DNA from: Nitrospirales bacterium
GTDB lineage: Bacteria > Nitrospirota > Nitrospiria > Nitrospirales > UBA8639
Direction of reading: 5' to 3'
DNA length: 64,000 bases
Assembly: GCA_965223295.1 (NCBI GenBank)
Contig: CBDCWC010000002.1
Coordinates: forward strand, 128,001 to 192,000
Position 1 is the stretch's first letter, and each line of letters opens with the position of its first letter. The position numbers and the translations under genes are program-made. A model generated the notes under the pieces. That model saw only the letters and a list, made by a program, of their open reading frames with translations. It did not search any database and was not told the DNA's origin. Shown one piece after another: positions 38,597 to 48,316 of this stretch.

Positions 38597-40656
38597 GCGA
38601 CCCCTATCATGATGCTTCCTATGAATAGGTAAAGGATTGAGGGTGTCGCGGTTTGCGGCCAGCCGAATATCGCTTCGTGTTTCATGCCATCCGGCAAATT
38701 GGTTTTAAGGGCATGGATGTGGAGCCCTTGTGTCTTGGGTCTGGCCGGAGTGACGTCCACGGCCACAAGACTCGTGTAGCGACTCACCAAATGATGTTTG
38801 AGAGCAAGATTGACGATTGATTGTCGGAGGAGAGTGTTGTTGTGTTCTTGAATCCCTTGATCCATGAGTTGTGAGATTTTTTGTTGTCCCCAATGAATAG
38901 CGATGCCACTTCGAGGTTTGGCCGCGTCTATCGACTGGGTGGATTCCCAAGGCCTGCCGGCTTGTTTTCCTGTAATTGTGATCGAAGCAGGAAGGGTTCT
39001 GGTTCGAAAGGCGATGGTTAGCGGTTCTCCGAGATAGAGATCCGGCAATGGGTTTGGAAGGATTTCTTCGAATTCCAAACCTGCAGATTGAATGGTAATG
39101 TCAGTGAGAGCCAGATGCTCTAACTTAAGAAAAAGGCGGTCCATCTTGTCTTGCACTTCAGTGGTTGTGCCAACGTGCGTGAAGGTGCCTTTCCCGAATT
39201 GTGCGGCTTTGTTCATGAAGTAACTGTTGGGTGCAGAGCCGATCCCAACTGTAAAGAGTCGAGCCTCTTGTAAATCTCGTCGTAGCAGAGAAAACAACGC
39301 GTCTTCATTCCCAACCAGACCGTCAGTGATGAAGATGATTTGACAGAGGCGCTGAGGGATGTCTTTGGCGGGCCTATGGGCCAGCGCTTGTTGGAGAGGA
39401 GGAAGCATTTCTGTTCCACCTGAAGCCTGCAGTCCGTTAACATAACGTTGAGCTTCGTGAACGCGCGATTCGGAAACCTGACGAGCCGTGGAGTAGAGTT
39501 GATGGGTGACGGAATTAAATTGAATAATATTGAATGAATCCTGGGGAGACAATCTGGAAAGCGCCAAGGAAAGTGCAGCTTTGGCTTCTTTTAGGGATTT
39601 TCCGGCCATTGAGCCTGAGGTGTCGATGACAAAGACGACTTCTCGTGGAATCCTTGTAAGATCTGAACTTGGAGTCGTAGGTGGCATGAGGTGCATGAAG
39701 AGAAACGTCTCTCCATCGTGTTGCTCCGTAAATAGACTAGCTTGCGGGGTTTCATTGGAAAGAGGTGTCCAGGTCAGTTCAAAGTCTCGATTGGCATGGG
39801 TTATCCCGTTTTTAAGCGAGATTTGGTAAGAGTTGCGGTCTTGTTGAGCAATGGTGATTGGATGGGTAGGGGATTCAATCTTTTGCAGAAGTACGCCTGG
39901 AGCCAAATCGATTCGTAAGTTAATGGGATTGATAAGTCCGTCCGAAGGATGCTGGACAGGTGGAGTGATACGGGAGGCATCTGGAATCTGATCGGTATCG
40001 TACGCCCCTCCGAGATCAGGTTGTGATGAAGAAGAGTCTTGAATCTCCTCAGGCTGTCCGGGGATATAACGCGGGCCAACGACCATGGGAAATCGAAGTG
40101 AAAATCGGCCTTGGTCATATCGCACGTTCTCTTGGTATTCGATGTCGATGGTGATCATGGCGTGAGGGGCAATGTTGGCGACGGATGCCGTAAAGATATT
40201 CGGGCGCTCCTGTTCTACGAGGCTGGTCCGTTGTCCCTTGGCTTTGACCTTAGCATAGGTCTTTTTGGCTTCTGCCCGTTCTCGTATTTGGCCCTCAATA
40301 ATCCGCTCGCCAATTTTCATGCGTAAATGATCCACCGCAGCTTGAGCAGGCAAGGGAAAGACATACACGCCTTCCGCCCATTCATCATCAGGATTGCTGA
40401 ATTGTTGCGACACGATGGTGCGGGCGATGAGTCCGCTAATGGTCTGTGTGACGGTCGTGTGTAACAACGGAGCGGGAATGGGTGGATTACCTGCTCTGGT
40501 TTGGAGGGAAATTCCGCCTTCAAATCTTGTGGGAACTGATTCTTGAATGGGTTTCCGGGTTGATTGCGCGGCAATGGAGGGAAGCGACCATCCTCCAATC
40601 CAGCTGATAAAGAAATAAATTATGAAGAGAAACAGGTGAAACCTTCGGATTGTCAT
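38563..40656 (-). CDS. Sortase target protein, VIT-vWA (inter-alpha-trypsin inhibitor-like)
   Basis: VIT region, MIDAS DTSGSM, FITDG, C-terminal WPQTATP + TM + basic tail. Confidence 0.9.
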   Translation of the reverse strand: MTIRRFHLFLFIIYFFISWIGGWSLPSIAAQSTRKPIQESVPTRFEGGISLQTRAGNPPIPAPLLHTTVTQTISGLIARTIVSQQFSNPDDEWAEGVYVFPLPAQAAVDHLRMKIGERIIEGQIRERAEAKKTYAKVKAKGQRTSLVEQERPNIFTASVANIAPHAMITIDIEYQENVRYDQGRFSLRFPMVVGPRYIPGQPEEIQDSSSSQPDLGGAYDTDQIPDASRITPPVQHPSDGLINPINLRIDLAPGVLLQKIESPTHPITIAQQDRNSYQISLKNGITHANRDFELTWTPLSNETPQASLFTEQHDGETFLFMHLMPPTTPSSDLTRIPREVVFVIDTSGSMAGKSLKEAKAALSLALSRLSPQDSFNIIQFNSVTHQLYSTARQVSESRVHEAQRYVNGLQASGGTEMLPPLQQALAHRPAKDIPQRLCQIIFITDGLVGNEDALFSLLRRDLQEARLFTVGIGSAPNSYFMNKAAQFGKGTFTHVGTTTEVQDKMDRLFLKLEHLALTDITIQSAGLEFEEILPNPLPDLYLGEPLTIAFRTRTLPASITITGKQAGRPWESTQSIDAAKPRSGIAIHWGQQKISQLMDQGIQEHNNTLLRQSIVNLALKHHLVSRYTSLVAVDVTPARPKTQGLHIHALKTNLPDGMKHEAIFGWPQTATPSILYLFIGSIMIGVAWIWTKRQLTR

Positions 40657-40711
40657 GGCAACTCCTCTATGACGGAAGCATGGATGTTCTTAAAGCATCA
40701 GATCTGATAAA

Positions 40712-40902
40712 GGGTCTGTTGAAAAAAGCCGCCAGCAGCGTTCTCGCCATTTTTCCGTGCTCACGTAGAACCAGTACGCTCCGCGCGGAAAAATGGCTGT
40801 GGCCTTGCTGTACAGGCTTTTTTGAACAGACCCGAGGCTGTTGATCGCCATACGTCTCCTGGCGAAATATGGCCCTTGATATCTTCACTATTCAAGACGC
40901 CC
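40712..40902 (+). mobile_element. MITE family M, full copy (191 bp)
   Basis: Similar to 5740-5931; flanked by direct repeat ATAAA (40707-40711, 40903-40907). Confidence 0.85.
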
Positions 40903-40913
40903 ATAAATGAAGG

Positions 40914-40946
40914 CCAGGCTGATCCTCGAACGCTGGATCAGCCTGG
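40914..40946. terminator. Strong hairpin after the OmpA gene
   Basis: CCAGGCTGATCC-N9-GGATCAGCCTGG perfect 12-bp stem; weak U-tract. Confidence 0.45.
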
Positions 40947-40954
40947 GAACAGAC

Positions 40955-41833
40955 TTATGGGAGGGATTCAGTCGCGACTATTGGATCAGCCGCTATCAGT
41001 TCGCTTGAAATTTCTTCTGGATCATCAGGCACATTCTCGGCAATTTTGATGGCCGGAGAATCTATGCTGGAAGGAGATGCGTCAGAAGAGGGATCTTCTT
41101 GAGCCTCAGGTTTCATAGAAAGGATAGGGCTATCCTGTTGGACCTCAGGTTGCGGAAGAAAGGCAACATGGGCGCGTCGGTTCTGCTCGAAACAGTTAGG
41201 AGTTTGGTTTTGGCAGACAGCTCCACCTTTTCCGAAGGATCGTACTTGAATCTTTTCTTCGGGAATTCCAAGAGAGACGAGGTAGGTCTTGACCGATTTT
41301 GCGCGTCTTAGTCCTAGGGCATGATTGTATGAATCCGTCCCTTGTGCATCCGTATGCCCGTCAATCTGAAGGGTTCCAGTCCATTCTTCTCCTAATGCGT
41401 CAATTTTTGTCTTCATGAGATCCTTGGCCTCATTTGATAGAGCCCAACGATTGAATTTGAAATAGACATCTGAGCTTTCTTTGAGCTGAACGTCTGGGGT
41501 GCCAGAGGCATGACTGCCTAGAGAGAGAGAAGGTTCTGCGTTAATGGGAGAGGAGGGTGCGGAGGGAGAGGAAGAATCCGTAGGAGTGGCGAAGGCCTCA
41601 GCCATTTGGAATGTACTGACCTCTTCTGTCGTCTCTTGCGATGCGGTCATTGGTAAGGGTTCGTCATCCGAATATATGAAAACGCCTCCAAGACCTAAGG
41701 TCAGCGTGATAAGCCCGGCAGCTAAGAAGAAGATTTCTTTGCTGTCAGATGGCTGGACTCCTGTTGGTGCTGTTGGTTTTTGTCCTTTTTTCTGTTGTGA
41801 AAAAGTTGATTGATTAGGTGTGAGATTCATCAT
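40955..41833 (-). CDS. OmpA C-terminal domain protein (PdsO-like by position)
   Basis: TM segment, VYFKFN, GHTD..G...YN..LGLRRA, NRRA. Confidence 0.85.
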   Translation of the reverse strand: MMNLTPNQSTFSQQKKGQKPTAPTGVQPSDSKEIFFLAAGLITLTLGLGGVFIYSDDEPLPMTASQETTEEVSTFQMAEAFATPTDSSSPSAPSSPINAEPSLSLGSHASGTPDVQLKESSDVYFKFNRWALSNEAKDLMKTKIDALGEEWTGTLQIDGHTDAQGTDSYNHALGLRRAKSVKTYLVSLGIPEEKIQVRSFGKGGAVCQNQTPNCFEQNRRAHVAFLPQPEVQQDSPILSMKPEAQEDPSSDASPSSIDSPAIKIAENVPDDPEEISSELIAADPIVATESLP

Positions 41834-41970
41834 GGGCCTTGTCTCCTTTGTGTAGCTTTCTGTGAGTAATCATGTTGGTACATTTCATTTTTTCTGGTTC
41901 GATCTTTCACGACTCACTCGAAATCTGGTCACCTCCTTTCCGTGGGAAATTGTGAATAGAAATGTCCTAT

Positions 41971-41987
41971 CGCAAAGGCCTTGCCAC
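41971..41987 (-). promoter_or_regulatory. Sigma54 -24/-12 promoter of the OmpA-sortase operon
   Basis: Minus strand GTGGCAAGGCCTTTGCG, GG-N10-GC. Confidence 0.7.
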
Positions 41988-42157
41988 CTCATGATTTTGT
42001 GAAATTATTGTAAAAACAATGACTTATGCTGATAGTGTTGTATGAAGGTATGCGGGGATTGCGTGGATGCAAGCGGGGATGCGGGGCCATCCCCGCAAGC
42101 TCAGTTATTCCCGACACATCCTTAATCGGGAATCCATCTGTTCGTAGATGTTCTGTG

Positions 42158-42372
42158 ATGCCAGGGTTCGTCCCGGCAGCCGAGCCTCTTTGGTTCGGTC
42201 AAAGTGCCCAAACCCATGTTGGGCGTACTGTGCCCTTTGGGTTCGCTGTGCGGTTCGCCAACACCGGTGGCGCGCAAGCTCGCGGAGCCTGTCCCGAGAG
42301 TTCCCGAAGGGCTCAAACAATGCCCGTCTTTTCTCCGGTGTTGGCTATACGGCTCAGCCACACTACATGGCC
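42158..42372 (+). repeat. Structured repeat family S, copy 3 (diverged, with loop insertion)
   Basis: Same 5' hairpins; CTCGC...GCTCAAACAA loop interrupted by GGAGCCTGTCCCGAGAGTTCCCGAAGG. Confidence 0.65.
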
Positions 42373-42536
42373 AGAGACGGCTACTCAGACAGACTCGGCA
42401 GAGAGGCGGATTTGGCTAGGGGCTCAGCCGTGCCCAAGGCAGGAATTCTTTAAAGCGTTATTAATGTTAGTGGTAGTTAGCGGAGGTTCCATTTTTTCCT
42501 TGACTTATATTCGATGAAGATTAAGCTATCTTCAGT

Positions 42537-43112
42537 GTGGATCCCACCTACCCCAAAAATATGAGAAAAGTCATGCCGATAATCCAAAGGGTTGTTGTAT
42601 TAATGTTTCTGGGTGCCTGTACGGTCTCATATGCATTTGAACTTGGGGACCCTTTCGATACTCCTCTGGGGAAGAAGCACGAATCTGCCGTAAAAGTCCT
42701 AGTAATACCAACTAAAACTCTGCCGACATCTTGCCGTCTAGCGCAAGAAGTGCAGACCTCGCCTATTTTCCCAGCAACGATGAATCCCTATGTGACGGAT
42801 GATAAAAAGTTAATAGGCCTTGCTTCACAGATTGGGTTTGGTAGAAAACATCTAGATGATATTATTATTGCTCTATCGGCGTTGTACTATTCGGAACCAG
42901 CAAATTCAGAGGTGGGTATATGAGGTTTGCTTTTTAAAAGTGAAAAGGGTGCTATGGCTTACTCTGACCTTCTAAAATACAGGCCGGCATTCATTAAAGG
43001 CCCTCTCGTTCTTACTGTGTAGGTCGATAACGAGTCCGGAAAAAATTGCAAAGAAACTATTGAGGGTAGCTTGATAAGTGAGGGATTCAAAACACTTCCA
43101 GTTAAGTCCTAA
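42537..43112 (+). pseudogene. Secreted hypothetical gene with two in-frame stops
   Basis: TGA at 42921 and TAG at 43020; frame otherwise open to TAA at 43110. Confidence 0.55.
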
Positions 43113-43165
43113 CGCAGTGTGTACAAATACTTGATGACTGCACCTTCAATAGACTTCGATAAAAG

Positions 43166-43693
43166 ATGGGTGAGAAATCGATTTATTATTTCGCCTATGG
43201 CTCGAACCTTCATCCGGTCCGATTGTCCGAACGTACGCCTTCCGCTGAATTGCTCGGCATGACAGATTTGAGCCACCATCGTCTTGCATTTCATAAACAA
43301 GGTCGTGATGGATCGAGCAAATGTAACGTGTTTCGCACGGATAAAGAATCCGACAAGGTGTATGGAGCCATCTATCAAATGGACTCGGCTCATAAACCAG
43401 TTCTGGATTCTTTCGAAGGGAATGGTTATCGCGATGACCAGCTTATGGTTGACCTTCATGGAAAGAAAGTTTGCTGCTTTAGCTATTTTGCTCAACAACC
43501 CTTTATTGTCAATGACATGAAACCCTATCATTGGTATAAGGATCTCGTGGTTCTGGGTGCGAGATATTTGGGGTTTCCAGAGGCTTATGTTCGTTCTATT
43601 GAACTGACTGAGTCGATTGAAGATCCGGACAAGACAAGAGAAATGCAGTGTCATGGTTTGATTCAGCGAATCCTTCAATCTTCCAGCTCATAA
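43166..43693 (+). CDS. Gamma-glutamylcyclotransferase family protein
   Basis: YFAYGSNL, VYGAIY, LDSFEG.GY. Confidence 0.88.
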   Translation: MGEKSIYYFAYGSNLHPVRLSERTPSAELLGMTDLSHHRLAFHKQGRDGSSKCNVFRTDKESDKVYGAIYQMDSAHKPVLDSFEGNGYRDDQLMVDLHGKKVCCFSYFAQQPFIVNDMKPYHWYKDLVVLGARYLGFPEAYVRSIELTESIEDPDKTREMQCHGLIQRILQSSSS

Positions 43694-43706
43694 CCTGGGA
43701 CTTTTT

Positions 43707-44045
43707 ATGAGCGAGTATGTTGAATATTTAAAAGAAGTCTTCAGTGAATTTGGACCGGTCCAGCCGCGACGGATGTTTGGAGGCTATGGAGTGTTTTACA
43801 AGGGGTTAATGTTTGCATTGGTAGCGGACGATGTGCTGTATCTCAAATCGGATGAAAAAATTGCCCTTTATTTTACCGAACGGGAGCTGGAACAATTCAC
43901 CTACGAGAAACAGGGCAAGGCGTTTAAGATGTCCTATTACATGGCCCCAGAAGATATTTTTGACGATCCTGACGAAGCCAAGGTTTGGGCTGATCGTTCA
44001 TATGCGGCGGCCGTGCGTTCAAAGAAACCCAAGAAAAAGAAGTAA
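43707..44045 (+). CDS. TfoX N-terminal domain protein
   Basis: RRMFGGYG, MFALV, LYLK, MSYY. Confidence 0.9.
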   Translation: MSEYVEYLKEVFSEFGPVQPRRMFGGYGVFYKGLMFALVADDVLYLKSDEKIALYFTERELEQFTYEKQGKAFKMSYYMAPEDIFDDPDEAKVWADRSYAAAVRSKKPKKKK

Positions 44046-44208
44046 GTAGCCTGGCCTCACTCCCCTTTACTTGCCCGCAACTTTTTCGTCTTTTTTTCGG
44101 AATCCGTTCTTCATACTCTGTTTTGCAGTTCTAGATGACTTATCGAAAATTTTCTATTAAGGTAGGCAATCAACTTTTGGTTTTTTGCCGTTTTAGGATG
44201 AAATTAAT

Positions 44209-45410
44209 ATGAAAGTGTTGATGCTGACTAATGAGTTCCCTCCATACACCTACGGTGGGGCGGGAGCGCATGTGGAGTATTTGAGCCGCGAGCTTTCCCG
44301 CATGCTTCCGGTTGAAGTGCGATGCTTTGGGGACCAGGAGGTTGAGCAGGGCAATCTCAAGGTTCGCGGGTTTGCCCTTGGCGAAGTACCATTTGGCGCA
44401 CCCAAACCTCTTCATTCAGTCTTTGGAGCGGTACAACGGTGCTGGCAAATGAATGCGGAGGGATTAGACGCAGATGTCGTGCATTGCCACACTTGGTACA
44501 GTCATTTAGGAGGCATTCTGGCCAAGTTGAATTATGGCATTCCCATGGTGGTGACGACCCATTCGTTGGAGCCGTTGCGCCCCTGGAAACGGGAACAACT
44601 CGCGGGAGGGTATGATTTTTCGTCGTGGGTTGAAAAACCGCATTGGAGATGGCTGATGCGATTATTGCCGTATCACAAGGGACCAAAGAAGATATTCTTA
44701 AATGGTTCGATGTGCAGGAGGATCGGGTCCATGTCATTTACAATGGTATTGATCTGCATGAATTTACGAAAGTGGAAAGTCATGAAGTCTTGACGCGTTA
44801 TGGGATTCCCCGGTCACAGCCATATCTGCTTTTTGTAGGACGAATCACTCGACAGAAAGGAATCATCTATTTAGTCAATGCGCTTTCCTACTTGGACCCT
44901 GGATTTCCGGTCGTCCTGTGTGCGGGGTCTCCGGATACTCCGGCGATTGCCCTTGAAATGAAAGAGGCCGTTGAACGTGCTTCAGCCCATCGTGAACAAA
45001 TTTACTGGATTCAAGATATCTTGGATAAGCCCAGTCTGATTGAATTATATTCCCACGCCGGCGTGTTCTGTTGTCCGTCAATTTATGAACCCTTTGGTAT
45101 TATCAATTTAGAAGCCATGGCTTGCGAAAAGCCAGTGGTGGCGTCAGCGGTGGGAGGTATTCCAGAAGTTGTGGTTGACGATGAAACAGGTTTACTCGTA
45201 CCGGTTGATCAATATGACGAAGCGCCGTTTACGCCTAAAGATCCTGAGAAATATGCGCAAGATTTAGCTGAACGAATTAATCAATTGATGCGGGATCCAG
45301 CTCTGCGCCAACCGATGGGGGAAGCTGGACGTCGCCGGGCGGAAGAACTCTTTAGTTGGACGGCCATTGCTCAACGGACCAAAGCCTTATATGAAGCCGT
45401 TGTGAAGTGA
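44209..45410 (+). pseudogene. glgA: GT4 glycogen synthase/maltose-1-phosphate synthase (GlgA/GlgM type), frameshifted
   Basis: EFPPYTYGGAG, HTWY, HSLEPLRPWKREQL, then -1 shift at A5 run 44633-44637; GRITRQKG, YEPFGIINLEAM. Confidence 0.85.
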
Positions 45411-45486
45411 ATCGAAGGTCTTTAAAGACGAGGTCTTATCGGAGGTGTAGGGCTCATCATAGGCAAGATTTGCATGGAGTACACGG

Positions 45487-45720
45487 TTATTCGGGATCCT
45501 GCCCGGTTTGAAACATGGTTTCCAGTCGACGAATTTCTTCCTTGCGTCGATGCCGTTCTTCCACGAGTAACGAGATAAGCGAGTTCCAAAAGGCCACTTC
45601 GGAGGGAGAGCCATCGGTCACACGTTGGTCGCGCCATTCTGTCGCAAAACGAGTATACACTCGAATTTCACAATCATTAAAACTTTTGAGCGCATCAATC
45701 AATTCGTCTTCAGCATGCAT
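45487..45720 (-). CDS. Small hypothetical protein, paralogue of 46120-46383
   Basis: Shared FA.E.RDQR...E..FWN...ER.RR...IRRLE.M..TG.DP. Confidence 0.8.
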   Translation of the reverse strand: MHAEDELIDALKSFNDCEIRVYTRFATEWRDQRVTDGSPSEVAFWNSLISLLVEERHRRKEEIRRLETMFQTGQDPE

Positions 45721-45836
45721 AAGTCACTGAACCTTCCTGAAATGAAAAATTACTATAAGGAAGCCATCTACATACAGACGTTATCGGCGGTTCGGAAATC
45801 GTTCCTTAGTGTGGGAGGCGTTTTCATGCGTAAAAA

Positions 45837-46091
45837 ATGCTGATTAAAAAGGCGGTATCACGTTGTGCACTTTTCAGTCGAGAGATTGGTCTGGTTGCTT
45901 TGCTAGGGGCTCTCATGGCATGTGGTGAAGATCCTCAACAATTATTCGAAACTGCGCAATTTGAAGAACAACAACACAATCAAGCGCATGCCAGAGAATT
46001 ATATGAACGTATTCTTCGTGATCATCCGAAGAGCACGATTGCTGGAAAGGCGCAACAACGATTGAATGAATTGAAAAAGGAGAATCCCTAA
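45837..46091 (+). CDS. Small TPR-like lipoprotein
   Basis: Lipobox LMAC; A..LYERIL..HP.S..A..A..RL. Confidence 0.75.
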   Translation: MLIKKAVSRCALFSREIGLVALLGALMACGEDPQQLFETAQFEEQQHNQAHARELYERILRDHPKSTIAGKAQQRLNELKKENP

Positions 46092-46119
46092 GGAGGAGAA
46101 GTGTTGCCCTGATGAACTT

Positions 46120-46383
46120 TCAGGCGTAGTCGTCCGGGTCCACGCCGGTCCGGTACATGTATTCTAACCGTCGAATGTCTTGATCCCGCCGCATGCGCTC
46201 ATCAATACAGAGGTTGACGACTGTATTCCAAAACCCAGCTTCAGCCATGGAGCCGGATTCCAACCGTTGGTCCCGGAATTCACTCGCAAAGCAGGTGTAG
46301 CGCTGCAAGTCGCTGTCTTCGAAATCTTGAAGAAAACTAGTAAGATTTTCGGTCTGGGTAAGGGGTTCGTTATTCTGACTCAT
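46120..46383 (-). CDS. Small hypothetical protein, paralogue of 45487-45720
   Basis: See paralogue; AGGAGAG RBS. Confidence 0.8.
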   Translation of the reverse strand: MSQNNEPLTQTENLTSFLQDFEDSDLQRYTCFASEFRDQRLESGSMAEAGFWNTVVNLCIDERMRRDQDIRRLEYMYRTGVDPDDYA

Positions 46384-46853
46384 GTTCTCTCCTGTGATGA
46401 TGGTATCGGTTGGCACCACAGAGGATCTTGAGTATTTGTCAGAAAAAACTTACTGCAACAGACGGAAAGAGGGTGGAGCTGACAGCCTGAGAGGTACGGG
46501 TTACATAGGTTGTGTGAAGTTTGAGCATATTGTGGAAAGCTGGTCGTTCTTATTGAAAGAACATCAAGACACTTTGAAAAACTGTAACAAGAATTGTAGA
46601 TAGGACTTTCTGGAATCTCAGATTGTGGTTGTTAATCCATCGCAACGGTGCGGGGATAAAAACGGAAGATGGTGGTGGAGTCTAGGTGAAGATTAGCGAT
46701 GACTTTTTCCTGTCCAGGATAGGTCAGGGTTAACATAGTGACATAGGACATACCCTCAGGTTAGGTGTGGACTTTACTATTGCCTTTGCTGGTCATTTAT
46801 AGGGGATAGGAGGTATGTGTGTTGTTCTTCACGGGGTTAATCTTATTTGGAAA

Positions 46854-47192
46854 TTAAAGCCGAACGGTATTGGAAAAGGTGTGGATCACTGTGACTCCCG
46901 CGATAATTAATCCCATGCCAATGATAGCTGGCGTATCAGGGATTTCTCGAAAAGCCACAACTCCAACAAGTGCGACAAGGACGATTCCGACCCCTGACCA
47001 AATGGCATACGTGATGCCAACCGTCAGCTCACGCAACACTAAGCTTAACAAATAAAAGGCGGCTCCATACCCGAAGACCACTAGCAAGCTGGGTCCCAAC
47101 TTCGTGAACCCTTCAGCACTTTTGAGGGCACTGGTGGCAATGACTTCTGCCAGAATGGCCATAAACAAATAGAGATAGGTCATGGAGTGCAT
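46854..47192 (-). CDS. SMR family efflux transporter (EmrE/Qac subtype)
   Basis: AEVIAT..LK.AEGFT, YAIWSGVG. Confidence 0.92.
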   Translation of the reverse strand: MHSMTYLYLFMAILAEVIATSALKSAEGFTKLGPSLLVVFGYGAAFYLLSLVLRELTVGITYAIWSGVGIVLVALVGVVAFREIPDTPAIIGMGLIIAGVTVIHTFSNTVRL

Positions 47193-47283
47193 CCCTTCCG
47201 TTCAGTTTCTCGCATTCTTTGTTACCAGGCGGAGTCTGAGCTTGTTTGTTATTTTTGTTCCTAACTGAAAAACCATTTTAGAG

Positions 47284-48084
47284 CTAGCTTGCATTGAGCA
47301 TGCGAATTTCCCGTTGAGGGAAAGGAATCTGAATACGATCGCTTCCGAATGCTTCCACAATAGCTTTGTACAGTTCTGCTTGAGCCGGAACATAATCTGA
47401 CACAGCTACCCAAGGTTTCACGGAAATGTTAATCGAAGAATTTCCCAGCTCTCCGATACCAATGACGGGTACCGGATCTTGTACCACTCGTGGATTGGCA
47501 TTGACCACTCGGGTGACCGTTGCCAAAGCGTGTGTGAGATCGGTGGCATAAGCCACGCTAACGGTCAAATGTAATTGGCGAATTTTTCCATAATTGTGCA
47601 AAATTTCGCCAATGATTTTTCGATTTGGAATGACCACGACAGACTGGTCGATATGTCGGAGCTTCGTTGTAAAAATGTCGATGGCTTGGACTTCTCCATG
47701 TTCTCCTAAAATATCGATGAATTCTCCTACGCGGAATGGTTTGGTAATAATAATGCTCAACCCGGCGAAAAGATTAAGGAAGACTCCTTGGAGCGCTAAG
47801 CCTATTCCCACACCGGCCACACCGAGACCGGCAAGCAAGGGGAAAATTTGAATGCCAAATTGTTGCAACATCACTAACAGGGTAAAAACGAAGATGATGC
47901 CTTTCACAATACGAACAAGTAAAAGGCGGACGGGTGGTTCCATCTCAAGTTTCCCTAACGACTTGTGGGCATACTGCCCGGCTGATTTGGCCAGAAAGGC
48001 TCCAATTCCCAAGATCAACAGTCCGCTGGCGGCCTGTAGTCCATACTGAATGACTAAATCCATGCTGATGTTCGTTCCAAACAT
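47284..48084 (-). CDS. mscS: Small-conductance mechanosensitive channel
   Basis: AGLGVAGVGIGLALQ, KPFRVGEFI, IPN, IPFPQR. Confidence 0.9.
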   Translation of the reverse strand: MFGTNISMDLVIQYGLQAASGLLILGIGAFLAKSAGQYAHKSLGKLEMEPPVRLLLVRIVKGIIFVFTLLVMLQQFGIQIFPLLAGLGVAGVGIGLALQGVFLNLFAGLSIIITKPFRVGEFIDILGEHGEVQAIDIFTTKLRHIDQSVVVIPNRKIIGEILHNYGKIRQLHLTVSVAYATDLTHALATVTRVVNANPRVVQDPVPVIGIGELGNSSINISVKPWVAVSDYVPAQAELYKAIVEAFGSDRIQIPFPQREIRMLNAS

Positions 48085-48316
48085 GTTTCTTCCTCCAAGT
48101 AAATGTAAAATGTTTTTACAAGAACGTGTGTGGTTGCTCATTAGCATAGCGATTATAAAAATTCCTGGTCTAGTGAGAGCGGCGAATAATTATGTTGGTG
48201 GCGTTGGTGGCTCATGTGACTTGCGAAACAAGTGAAATTTCGATATGACAAATGAGGCATCGGGGGTATGTTGACGATTGTCATTCGAAACGATGATTGA
48301 GGATAGGAGAAACGAG

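Noticed and set aside
47193-47283. Guanidine riboswitch upstream of the SMR gene
   Set aside because: No matching motif seen, and the protein looks Qac/EmrE-like rather than Gdx.
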